A DNA stretch of 64,000 bases from Cenarchaeum sp. (lineage in GTDB: Archaea; Thermoproteota; Nitrososphaeria; Nitrososphaerales; Nitrosopumilaceae). The DNA lies in the NCBI GenBank assembly GCA_963692915.1, contig OY843584.1, positions 448,001-512,000 on the forward strand, read 5' to 3'. Positions 50,299 through 59,026 of the stretch are shown piece by piece. The position numbers and the translations under genes were made by a program. The first letter of the stretch is position 1, and each line of letters begins with the position of its first letter. A model generated the notes under the pieces. That model was not told the DNA's origin, searched no databases, and worked only from the letters and a program-made list of their open reading frames with translations.

Positions 50299-51588
50299 AT
50301 GGTATTTGGATGGAAAAAAAAGGCACCTCCTGCCGAGCCTGAACGCATGGAGGCCCCGCGCGAGATAGACGTCTCTGACATCGGCGCCGAGCTCGACCGC
50401 CTGTCCTCGGCTAGACGTGACCGTCTCGTCAGTGACGCAAAATCGCTAGTCGGAGGTATCGGCAGTGGACTAGGCGACATGCTCGGGATGGTCGAGCAGC
50501 TCGAACGCGAGGAGCTCATCGAGGAGGAGACTGACAGACACATACGCGCAATTGTGGATCGCGGCAAGAGGCAGGTCATCGCGATAATCCGGAGGGAGGC
50601 AAAAGCCGGAATTCCGGATGTGCGCGAGTATCCTGACGTCATAGAGGCCAACCGCGAGGCTCACCGCATACTAAAGATCATAGGTGATGTCCTTGGAAGA
50701 CAGACGCGAGTTATCCACATATTTGCAAAAAAGTATGCGACGCGCCTAAAGTCCACACTATCGACACTCAACTCAAAAAAGGACGAGCTCGCGCACGCCG
50801 TACGTGACCACGAGTCATTTGAGTTGTCTGTCCGGGACATCCGTGAACGCATAATTGCCCTTGATGATCTGCGTGAGCGTGCGCTCAACTCGTCAGGACG
50901 CGTGACTGCAATTGTCGAGGAACTGCGCGCTAAGCGCAAGGTGCAGCAGGGCGCATCTGAAAAAATATCGACGATTATGTCGACACCCGAGTTTGCCGAG
51001 CACTCTGCACACCTCGATGCGCTCAAAAAGATCGATGCCGAACGAGCCGTGCTTGATCGGGAGATTGGCGGATCCTTTGCCAGGATAAGCCGCCCACTCT
51101 CAAAGTACGTCTATGTCACCTCGCTTGACAAAGAGAAAAAGACTGTCATGGCTCGAATGCTTGACGAGCCGGCAACGGCCCTGCGCGAGTCCGGCCCTGA
51201 TATCGTTCTTGACATACTTGTTCACGTTAGAAAGGCAGTCTCGTCGGGCTCTGTATCCGTAAAGGACATCTCAAAATCCGAGGAGCAGATCGATGCGGTG
51301 TCCGCAGGTCTTGAAGAGTTTGTCTCGCGCATGGGGTCATTAGAGTCGCGCAAGGGCGAGATTGTCGACCGTGTTCGCTCTTTTGACTCTTCACAGCTTG
51401 ACTCTGCACGCGCAACGCTCGAGAGGACAACGTCTGACATTGCCTCACTAGAGTCACACGAGCGCGAGATTCGGGCTGATGCCGTGGCCGCCGAGGCCGA
51501 GATTCCCTCGGCCCTCAAGGCACTAGAGTCGCGTATGCGCGCCGTGACGTCAGTTGCGTATACCGTCCGGATGCCCGATATTCGGTGA
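50299..51588 (+). CDS. Long helical/coiled-coil hypothetical protein
   Basis: Heptad-rich; internal FARISRPLSKY segment; no Walker motifs seen. Confidence 0.8.
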   Translation: MVFGWKKKAPPAEPERMEAPREIDVSDIGAELDRLSSARRDRLVSDAKSLVGGIGSGLGDMLGMVEQLEREELIEEETDRHIRAIVDRGKRQVIAIIRREAKAGIPDVREYPDVIEANREAHRILKIIGDVLGRQTRVIHIFAKKYATRLKSTLSTLNSKKDELAHAVRDHESFELSVRDIRERIIALDDLRERALNSSGRVTAIVEELRAKRKVQQGASEKISTIMSTPEFAEHSAHLDALKKIDAERAVLDREIGGSFARISRPLSKYVYVTSLDKEKKTVMARMLDEPATALRESGPDIVLDILVHVRKAVSSGSVSVKDISKSEEQIDAVSAGLEEFVSRMGSLESRKGEIVDRVRSFDSSQLDSARATLERTTSDIASLESHEREIRADAVAAEAEIPSALKALESRMRAVTSVAYTVRMPDIR

Positions 51589-51594
51589 TCCAGT

Positions 51595-51677
51595 GCCCGC
51601 CCGGCGGCCTTCCGGGGACTCCCTGATCTGCGCCCGGCAAGCATTCCTGCCCACTCCACTACTTTTCGTACAAGGCA
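51595..51677 (-). mobile_element. Orphan left end of the IS481-family element
   Basis: Reverse complement TGCCTTGTACGAAAAGTAGTGGAGTGGGCAGGAATGCTTGCCGGGCGCAGATCAGGGAG matches 59027 onward with few mismatches. Confidence 0.88.
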
Positions 51678-52276
51678 GGCGTGCGACCTGTGGCAATCCC
51701 TACATATTGCCAAAATCACGCCTAGATGCTGTATGGGCCGCCACTACTGACTGCTCGCGTTTCTTCGCCTGGGGGAGCCATAGACACGTGCTGAGAGGCG
51801 GGAAAACTCGACGATCGGCCTGATGGGCCATGTTCATCATATGGGCGTGTCTGCTGCTGCGCAAGAGTCGCAGTTGGCGTACGAGGGTGCTGTTGCAACA
51901 CTGCCATCAGATCCCAGTTGATGCCCCAACGCCGCAAAAGGGGTGCTTTGCGTATGGTGGTGATAGTGCGGCTTGTGTGGCATGGTTGTGCACAAGCATA
52001 CGGCACACATTCTCGGCAATGTGGATGCTTTGATCAGATGAGTTTCAAAAGACTGGTCATTTCGCAATATCAGCATTGTGGATGGCCGTCGATCTGAGGC
52101 CGTGTGCTGATCGGCATTTTAGGGACAGGGTCACAAGGTGCGTAGGGGTGATGTTCCCTTAGAGGACGGCAGGCGGGGATCAGCGCCAACACGCCCAACG
52201 CGACAGGATCCGGCCGGATCACGGATCGTCAGGCGGACACGCCGTGGATTGCCTCCTTTTGGGCGGATCCGGCCGC

Positions 52277-52287
52277 TTTGTATAAAT
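52277..52287 (+). promoter_or_regulatory. TATA-box-like element for rps8e
   Basis: TTTGTATAAAT about 25-30 nt upstream of ATG 52311. Confidence 0.55.
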
Positions 52288-52310
52288 TAGAGCCAATGTG
52301 GGGGTGCGCC

Positions 52311-52691
52311 ATGAGAAAGTCGATGGAGAATCTTGCCACGAGCAAGATCACCGGGGGACGCAGGAGGCCGCTGAGGATACGGCGCAAGTACGAGATAGAC
52401 CGCTATCCAAACGAGGCACCGGCCGGCCCGCAGGCGACTGTCACGCGCAGCACGCGCGGTGGCGTGCTAAAGACTGCGCTAAAGGCAGCCGACTATGCAA
52501 ACCTCACTGCTCCCGGAGCAAAGACAGTTCGCACAAAGATACTAAAGGTTCTTGACAACCCAACTAACAACGACTATCGTCGGCGTGGAATCATCACGCG
52601 CGGCGCCGTACTCGAGACGGAGGCCGGCAAGTGCAGGGTCGTCTCGCGTCCCGGACAGGACGGCGCAGTCAACGCAGTGCCTGTGCAATGA
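52311..52691 (+). CDS. rps8e: 30S ribosomal protein S8e
   Basis: KITGGRR, RKYE, TRGG, IITRGAV, SRPGQDGAVNAV. Confidence 0.96.
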   Translation: MRKSMENLATSKITGGRRRPLRIRRKYEIDRYPNEAPAGPQATVTRSTRGGVLKTALKAADYANLTAPGAKTVRTKILKVLDNPTNNDYRRRGIITRGAVLETEAGKCRVVSRPGQDGAVNAVPVQ

Positions 52692-52996
52692 AGGACTATG
52701 ATCACATAGTCGTTTGGCTGGACTATTTCAACAAGACCATAACGAGGGCAAAGGGCCGGCGCCTTGGCCGCGAGAGCTGTGTCTTTGACCCGTCGCTCGC
52801 CGAGCTCGAGGGAGCCGCCAAGGCTGCGGGCCTTGAGGTCTCGGCATCCGAGTCCTCGGTGAGGTACCCGCGGCGCCAGTATGTTCGCTCGGGCTATATC
52901 ACGGTGCCAAAGTCGGCCTCAAAGTCATCCCTCCTTGCGACCATCGCCTCGCGCCTGGTCGAGGCGCGAGCTAGGCGCAAAAAAGATCGCTCCTAG
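52688..52996 (+). CDS. srp19: Signal recognition particle 19 kDa protein
   Basis: VVWLDYFNKTITRAKGRR, DPSLAEL, RYPR, SKSSLL. Confidence 0.92.
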   Translation: MKDYDHIVVWLDYFNKTITRAKGRRLGRESCVFDPSLAELEGAAKAAGLEVSASESSVRYPRRQYVRSGYITVPKSASKSSLLATIASRLVEARARRKKDRS

Positions 52997-53058
52997 CTCT
53001 AAGATCAAGTATTTTTGACCGGACCCTTATGATATAGGGTGTATTGACCCCCCGTCAC

Positions 53059-54315
53059 TTGCAGGAGGTAGGACACGTTACACATGTCGCAAAAAGCGGA
53101 AGGGTCATCGTTGAGCTGGCAGCCTCGGTCAGGGACGGGACGGTTCTGTGCGACAGCCTGGGGACTCGCCTCGCGCGCGTGATGGAGACGATAGGCCCGG
53201 TCTCGCGTCCATTCGCCTCGGCTAGCCCGATAACCAACAACATGTCGCCGCATGTCGGCAAGGGGATATTTGCGATTGACGAGGAGCGCGCCGCAACACG
53301 GTACGAGAGCCGCACGCAGACAAATGATGCCGATGACAATGGTGGCGAGCCCCAGACAGAACGTTCCGAGCACACCTCGAGCACGTCACGCGAGGAGCGC
53401 ACACCTGCACGGCGTGAAGGTGGCGGATCGCGCTCGCGTGGCCAGGGCAGGTACTCTGAGCGTAGGGGACCGGCACGGCGCGACTCTTCCTCAAAGTCTG
53501 GACGCAGCGACGGCCGGCGCACTCCACGGCGCGACGGCGGTTCAGGCTCGCGTGGCCAGGGCAGGTACTCTGGGCGCGGCGGTCCGGCGCGGCGCGACTC
53601 CTACTCAAAGTCCGGCAGCGACGGCGGTTCAGGCTCGCGTGGCCAGGGCAGGTACTCTGGGCGCGGCGGTCCGGCGCGGCGCGACTCCTACTCAAAGTCC
53701 GGCAGCGACGGCGGTTCAGGCTCGCGTGGCCAGGGCAGGTACTCTGGGCGCGGCGGTCCGGCGCGGCGCGACTCCTACTCAAAGTCCGGCAGCGACGGCG
53801 GTTCAGGCTCGCGTGGCCAGGGCAGGTACTCTGGGCGCGGCGGTCCGGCGCGGCGCGACTCCTACTCAAAGTCCGGCAGCGACGGCGGCCAGGGCAGGTA
53901 CTCTGATCGCAGGGGTCCGGCGCGGCGCGACTCCTACTCAAAGTCCGGCAGCGACGGCGGTTCGGGCTCGCGTGGCCAGGGCAGGTACTCTGATCGCAGG
54001 GGTCCGGCGCGGCGCGACTCCTACTCAAAGTCCGGCAGCGACGGCGGTTCGGGCTCGCGTGGCCAGGGCAGGTACTCTGATCGCAGGGGTCCGGCGCGGC
54101 GTGACAGCTATTCGTCATCATCTCGCACGGGACCTCGCGGTGACGGCAGGCGCGCACCACCACGGCGCGGTCCGGCTCGACGTGACACAGGTGCGAGGAC
54201 GGCGCGCGAGGAGGGCAGTCGTGGTGCACCGCGCAACAATGTCACTTTTAGATCACGTGGATTGGACAGCAGGGGCACCGGCCGCCGCGACAGGAGCGGG
54301 AGGCGACGCGAATGA
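53059..54315 (+). CDS. gar1: H/ACA RNP protein Gar1/Naf1 with a long RG/RS-rich repeat tail
   Basis: VGHVTHVAKSGRVIV and ARVMETIGPVSRPF Gar1 core; located directly upstream of tfb. Confidence 0.85.
   Translation: MQEVGHVTHVAKSGRVIVELAASVRDGTVLCDSLGTRLARVMETIGPVSRPFASASPITNNMSPHVGKGIFAIDEERAATRYESRTQTNDADDNGGEPQTERSEHTSSTSREERTPARREGGGSRSRGQGRYSERRGPARRDSSSKSGRSDGRRTPRRDGGSGSRGQGRYSGRGGPARRDSYSKSGSDGGSGSRGQGRYSGRGGPARRDSYSKSGSDGGSGSRGQGRYSGRGGPARRDSYSKSGSDGGSGSRGQGRYSGRGGPARRDSYSKSGSDGGQGRYSDRRGPARRDSYSKSGSDGGSGSRGQGRYSDRRGPARRDSYSKSGSDGGSGSRGQGRYSDRRGPARRDSYSSSSRTGPRGDGRRAPPRRGPARRDTGARTAREEGSRGAPRNNVTFRSRGLDSRGTGRRDRSGRRRE
53416..54114 (+). repeat. In-frame tandem repeat, 87-bp unit (29 aa), about 8 copies
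   Basis: Units start at 53533, 53620, 53707, 53794, 53881 (72-bp deleted variant), 53953 and 54040, with a degenerate copy at 53416. Confidence 0.97.
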
Positions 54316-55256
54316 GCCGACTCGAGATTCCGACATGCGCCGAGTGCAGCAGCACGTCACTCATTGACGACCTCGAGCGCGGCGAGACGGTCTGCCAGTC
54401 ATGTGGGATTGTCGCAGCAGACCAGATGGTTGACCATGGTCCAGAAACCGCACGTACGGGATATGAGGACAAGATGAACCTCGCGCGCGCGTCAGGAACG
54501 ATGACATACTCGCAGCATGACCTTGGGTTGTCCACGACCATAGCGACCACGTCGAGGGACTTTAGCGGCAAGTCGATAGGCTCTGACACGGCCTCGACGA
54601 TGAGGCGCCTTGACAAGTGGCAGTCGCGCGTGCGCGTGACGAGCAACACCGAGAGGCGCCTGGTCGGCATGCTCTCAAAGCTCGGCGACGTGTGCCGTAG
54701 CATGGACCTGCCTAACAACGTCCTGGAGACGGCCTCGATGATATACCGTGACCTTGACGGCAAGGCAGTCAAGGGGCGCCACATCGACAGCATGGCCGTC
54801 GCAACAGTCTACATGGCATGCCAGCGGTGTGAGATCGTCAGGTCACTTGAGGACATCTGCCGCAGCTTTTGCGACCCGCGCGAGATCCGCTCAAAGACAA
54901 AGCTCGCCGCAAAGTACTATCGTGACATGCGCCTCAGCATGGAGACGACACCGACCATATCAGTCACGATGGATCGGCGAATATCGCAGATAGCCAACAT
55001 CACGAGGACAGACCCGCGCGTTGAGCGCCTCGCGCTCAAGATAGCAGACAAGACGAGCAATGGCGGGTTTGCCGGCGGCAAGACGCCGCAGGGAATAGCT
55101 GCGGCGTACCTTTATGTCGCCTCGATCCTGCGGGGCCAGAGTGTCCTGCAGCGTGACATCTCGTCTGTCGCACAGGTCACAGAAGTGACGATTCGCAGCC
55201 GCTGCAAGGATCTCCTGGCAAGCTATCGTCTCGTCGTAAGGCTTTCGCCTGCATGA
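54312..55256 (+). CDS. tfb: Transcription initiation factor IIB
   Basis: CAEC...GETVCQSCG Zn ribbon, DHGPE, HDLGLST, two cyclin repeats, GKTPQGIAAA, VTEVTIR. Confidence 0.95.
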   Translation: MSRLEIPTCAECSSTSLIDDLERGETVCQSCGIVAADQMVDHGPETARTGYEDKMNLARASGTMTYSQHDLGLSTTIATTSRDFSGKSIGSDTASTMRRLDKWQSRVRVTSNTERRLVGMLSKLGDVCRSMDLPNNVLETASMIYRDLDGKAVKGRHIDSMAVATVYMACQRCEIVRSLEDICRSFCDPREIRSKTKLAAKYYRDMRLSMETTPTISVTMDRRISQIANITRTDPRVERLALKIADKTSNGGFAGGKTPQGIAAAYLYVASILRGQSVLQRDISSVAQVTEVTIRSRCKDLLASYRLVVRLSPA

Positions 55257-55318
55257 CGCGTTAGGGTTAGCTAAGATACGCCAATGCTATATAACTCGGG
55301 AAGGGAGCCTCATGCCAG

Positions 55319-56089
55319 TTGGCACGCCTAGAGATACGAGACCTGCACGTAAAGCGCGAAGGCAAGGAGATCCTAAAGGGGGTAAACCTCACGACCGGTC
55401 CGGGTGAGGTTCATGCGATAATGGGGCCCAACGGCTCTGGCAAGTCCACCCTTGCCTACACGCTGCTCGCGCACCCAAAGTACGAGGTCGTCTCCGGTGA
55501 CATACTCCTTGACGGCGAGAGCATCATGGGCATGTCTGCTGATGAGCGCTCAAGAAAGGGCCTCTTTTTGGGGTTCCAGTACCCCGTCGAGGTATCTGGC
55601 GTCGGCTATTCGCACTTTTTGCGCACGTCATACAACTCGCTCAGCAAGGCTATACAGGGCGATGAGCGCGAGGTCTTTATCACGGTTCGCGAGTTCCAAA
55701 AGTACCTAAAGGAGAACCTTGCGCGCGTTGGGCTAAAGGACGAGTTTTTGAGCCGCTACCTCAACGAGGGATTTTCGGGAGGCGAGAAAAAGCGCTCCGA
55801 GGTCCTGCAGATGGCAGTCCTCAAGCCAAAGGTGTCGATACTCGACGAGCCAGACTCGGGACTCGACATTGACGCAGTTCAGGCAGTCGCCAAGGCGATA
55901 AGCGAAGTGTCAGGCAAGGACTCGACGGTCATCGTCATAACGCACTATGCGCGAATACTAAAGTTCCTCAACAAGCTCGATCACGTCCACGTCTTCGCCG
56001 AGGGCCGCGTGATCAAGAGCGGCGACGCATCCCTTGCAGACGAGCTAGAGTCAAAGGGGTACGAGTGGGCAATAACGTCGGCGCCATAG
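55319..56089 (+). CDS. sufC: Fe-S cluster assembly ATPase
   Basis: HAIMGPNGSGKST, FQYPVEV, NEGFSGGEKKR, DSGLDIDA, ITHY. Confidence 0.96.
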   Translation: MARLEIRDLHVKREGKEILKGVNLTTGPGEVHAIMGPNGSGKSTLAYTLLAHPKYEVVSGDILLDGESIMGMSADERSRKGLFLGFQYPVEVSGVGYSHFLRTSYNSLSKAIQGDEREVFITVREFQKYLKENLARVGLKDEFLSRYLNEGFSGGEKKRSEVLQMAVLKPKVSILDEPDSGLDIDAVQAVAKAISEVSGKDSTVIVITHYARILKFLNKLDHVHVFAEGRVIKSGDASLADELESKGYEWAITSAP

Positions 56090-56381
56090 GCAATACTGCA
56101 CTATCCCTGCCCCTTGGGCACACTCGCTCATCCCGCTATTGCGCCTTGGCTCCTGGCTGCAGGGCCTTGTTCCTACGGACTTTGGGTCGGCTCTACGCCA
56201 GTTGGAACATTTGAGCCTGTGCGTGCCGTGCCACCGGCCTGCCAACACCGAACATGGACACGCTGCCCCGGCCATGCGTGAGCATACCGGCCGCATGACT
56301 GCAAGACGCCACGTGCGCGCCCGTGCAGGCGTGGTGGATCACCGAGCTTAAAATATCCCGTCACTTGCCGCCTCGCTGTCA

Positions 56382-57086
56382 ATGGACGATTCTGGCACGC
56401 AGGGTGGGGCAGAGGCAGCACCAACATGGTTTTACACGCATGCGTTCTTCAAGGTGGACCCAAAGTGGCGCTGGATGGCCGACCTTGCAAAGTCCGAGTC
56501 CGCAAAGGAGGTCGAGGCGACGATGGCCTCATCAGGCGTGCGCTTTAGGACATACTCGACGCTGGGCCTGCGCGATGACTCTGACATCCTGTTCTGGTTT
56601 GTCTCCGAGTCAGTCGAGCAGATGCAGGAGGCGATATCGCGGCTGTACCTGACGGTGTTTGGCAAGTATATCGCACCATCGCGCTCGTACCTGTCATGCT
56701 CGCGCCCCTCGACGTACTCGGGGGGCTCTGGCAAGAGCACGACGTCATTTGCGGACAGCTCCGAGGCGCGCCGCTATGCCATAGTCTACCCGTTCACAAA
56801 GACGCGCGAGTGGTATCTCCTGCCGATGGCGCGCCGGCGCGAGATGATGGCCGAGCACATACGCGTGAGCCAACAGTATCCTGACATACTCCTCAACACG
56901 ACATACTCGTTTGGCATACACGACCAGGACTTTATGCTCGCCTTTGAGACTGACAGCCTAGTGGACTTTCAGAGCCTAATCGTGGACCTGCGCGCCACTG
57001 CCGTCTCGGCCTATGTAAAGTCTGACACGCCGATGATCGTCTGCGTAAAGAAGGACATTGTTCCGCTTGTAGAGAGCCTGGGCTGA
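56382..57086 (+). CDS. Chlorite dismutase / coproheme decarboxylase family heme protein
   Basis: YSTLGLRDDSD, YPFTKTREWYLL, MAEH, TTYSFG. Confidence 0.9.
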   Translation: MDDSGTQGGAEAAPTWFYTHAFFKVDPKWRWMADLAKSESAKEVEATMASSGVRFRTYSTLGLRDDSDILFWFVSESVEQMQEAISRLYLTVFGKYIAPSRSYLSCSRPSTYSGGSGKSTTSFADSSEARRYAIVYPFTKTREWYLLPMARRREMMAEHIRVSQQYPDILLNTTYSFGIHDQDFMLAFETDSLVDFQSLIVDLRATAVSAYVKSDTPMIVCVKKDIVPLVESLG

Positions 57087-57628
57087 TGCGCGCGCTAAAG
57101 GAGTGGTCATCGGTGGTTCGCGCGCTAGAGGACGGCGCGCAGAGCGTCATACTGCGCAAGGGCGGCATTCACGATGATGCCGGAGGCATCACGTTTGGCA
57201 GCGGCGCATTTGCGCTGTTTCCGACACACGAGCACCAGGACGCCTCGGCCATAAAGCCAGAGTTTCGGCACTATCTTGAGGAAGGCGTGCCGCACGGCGA
57301 CTCGTTCAACACGGTTCGCTCGTATGCCACAGTCATCGCAACATCCGAGGTCTGGCCTGGCCCTGCACTCGATGCGCTCTCGCCGATGCACATATGGAGC
57401 GATGACTATGTCTCAAAGCGTGCGGCGTGGAAGCCCGAGAGGCCAATATGGGCAGCGCTATTGCGCGCTCACAAGGCCGCCGAGTCGCGAGTCCAGACGG
57501 GATCCGAGCATGCCGGATGCAAGTCGTGGATCGACGTTGGGTGCGAGCTCGGCGGGGGCGAGCCGGCACTTGGGGACAGTGAGGCAGCCTCTGCGCAAGA
57601 GGCATTCAAGGTGGCACTCAAGCAATGA
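57086..57628 (+). CDS. DUF1802 family protein
   Basis: ALKEW, GAQSVILRKGGI, LFPTHEHQ, GCKSWI. Confidence 0.9.
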   Translation: MRALKEWSSVVRALEDGAQSVILRKGGIHDDAGGITFGSGAFALFPTHEHQDASAIKPEFRHYLEEGVPHGDSFNTVRSYATVIATSEVWPGPALDALSPMHIWSDDYVSKRAAWKPERPIWAALLRAHKAAESRVQTGSEHAGCKSWIDVGCELGGGEPALGDSEAASAQEAFKVALKQ

Positions 57629-58614
57629 AGTACAGGAGGCTTGGGCGCAGCGGCATCCGCGTCTCGGAGATCGGGTTTGGCGCATGGGCCATAGCCATGG
57701 ACTGGTGGGGCAAAAAGATCGAGGAGGACGAGGCGATTCGCATGATAAAGAGGGCCTATGACCTCGGGATTAACCTCTTTGAGACTGCTGACATGTATGG
57801 CCGCGGCAAGAGCGAGCGCCTCCTTGGCCGCGCACTAGATGGCGTGCGCGAGGAGGTCGTCATATCGACAAAGTATGGCTATGACTTTGCCAACGCCGAG
57901 CAGATCGGCCACTCGGAGCTCCCGCAGTCCTTCTCTGAAGACTTTACGCGTGCTGCGCTGCGCGCAAGCCTTGAGCGACTAAAGACGGACCACGTCGACG
58001 TGTATGGCCTGCACAACCCAAAGATAGGGCATATCAGGGACGACTCGATATTCGCGACGCTCTCGTCGTTAATTTCCGAGGGCAGCACTCGCGCGTGCCA
58101 GGTCGCACTCGGACCGGCTATAGGCTGGACGCGCGAGGGCCTTGAGGCGATGGACAGACCCGAGGTCTCGGCGGTCCAGACAGTCTATAACATACTAGAG
58201 CAGACACCGGGCAATGAGCTTGTGACGCGCGCATCAGACGCGGACGTCGGCATTCTCGTCAGGGTTCCGGACGCCTCGGGCATACTGACGGGCAAGGTGG
58301 GCGCAGACACAAAGATAGACGAAAAGGACCACCGCTCTGTCAGAAAGGGAGAGTGGATACGCGCATCGCTTGCAAAGGTCGAGGAGATTCGCCCGATAGC
58401 CGAGTCCAATGGCCTCAGAATTGACGAGCTCGCCATAAAGTTCCTCCTCTCGCGCGACGCAGTCTCCTCTGTCCTGCCGACCGTGGTGAGCGAGGCGGAG
58501 ATCGAGTCGTTTGCGGCAATGTCTGACGGGCAAAGCCTTGGAGGGTCTGACATGGACGAGATTGCGCGCCTCTACTCGTCATGGCCGGCGTATGACCTAA
58601 AGGCATCCGCATAG
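57625..58614 (+). CDS. Aldo/keto reductase
   Basis: LGRSGIRVSEIGFG, ETADMYG, SLERLKTDHVD, YNIL. Confidence 0.93.
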   Translation: MKYRRLGRSGIRVSEIGFGAWAIAMDWWGKKIEEDEAIRMIKRAYDLGINLFETADMYGRGKSERLLGRALDGVREEVVISTKYGYDFANAEQIGHSELPQSFSEDFTRAALRASLERLKTDHVDVYGLHNPKIGHIRDDSIFATLSSLISEGSTRACQVALGPAIGWTREGLEAMDRPEVSAVQTVYNILEQTPGNELVTRASDADVGILVRVPDASGILTGKVGADTKIDEKDHRSVRKGEWIRASLAKVEEIRPIAESNGLRIDELAIKFLLSRDAVSSVLPTVVSEAEIESFAAMSDGQSLGGSDMDEIARLYSSWPAYDLKASA

Positions 58615-58662
58615 GGGCACAACTGTGGCTCAAAATCAAACGAGATGGTCTGTTGGGCTGTC

Positions 58663-58977
58663 CTACCCGAACAGTGACGAGAGGCCCTCGATGGCCTGCT
58701 CCTCGGACTTTGCGTCCTTTTTGGCCTCGGCCTTGGCATCATCGCCCTTTGCGGCCGGTGCTGCCTCGGCTGCCGGCGCGGCGGCCACTGCTGCCACGGG
58801 GGCGGCCTTTACGGCCTCGTCGATGTTGACATCGGCCAGGGCAGCCACTAGTGACTTTACCTGAGCCTCGTTAACCTCGGCACCTGACGCCTTTATGACG
58901 CTAGAGACGCTCTCCTCGCTGACCTCCTTCTTTAGCTTGTGAAGTAGGAGCGCGGCATAGACGTATTCCATTTTCAA
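58663..58977 (-). CDS. rpl12: 50S ribosomal stalk protein L12/P1
   Basis: MEYVYAALLLH, Ala-rich hinge, C-terminal EGLSSLFG. Confidence 0.96.
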   Translation of the reverse strand: MKMEYVYAALLLHKLKKEVSEESVSSVIKASGAEVNEAQVKSLVAALADVNIDEAVKAAPVAAVAAAPAAEAAPAAKGDDAKAEAKKDAKSEEQAIEGLSSLFG

Positions 58978-58994
58978 CGCGACGCCTGAACGGC

Positions 58995-59005
58995 TTTATA
59001 TAAAA
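58995..59005 (-). promoter_or_regulatory. TATA box for rpl12
   Basis: TTTTATATAAA on the minus strand about 20-30 nt upstream of the start. Confidence 0.6.
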
Positions 59006-59026
59006 CTATGGCGTTATGGGCAGTAT

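Noticed and set aside
51590-52275. SRP (7S) RNA or RNase P RNA near srp19
   Set aside because: No convincing SRP helix-8 or RNase P conserved motif was found by eye; the CCGGAAGG-like stretch on minus belongs to the IS481 end
53533-54114. Regular repeat array as a possible CRISPR
   Set aside because: Units are contiguous with no unique spacers, lengths are multiples of 3, they are in frame within gar1, and no cas genes are present
53222-54367. Long alternative-frame ORFs (335 aa minus, 371 aa plus) over the repeat
   Set aside because: Stop-free frames are a by-product of a GC-rich repeat unit; only the gar1 frame has a recognisable domain
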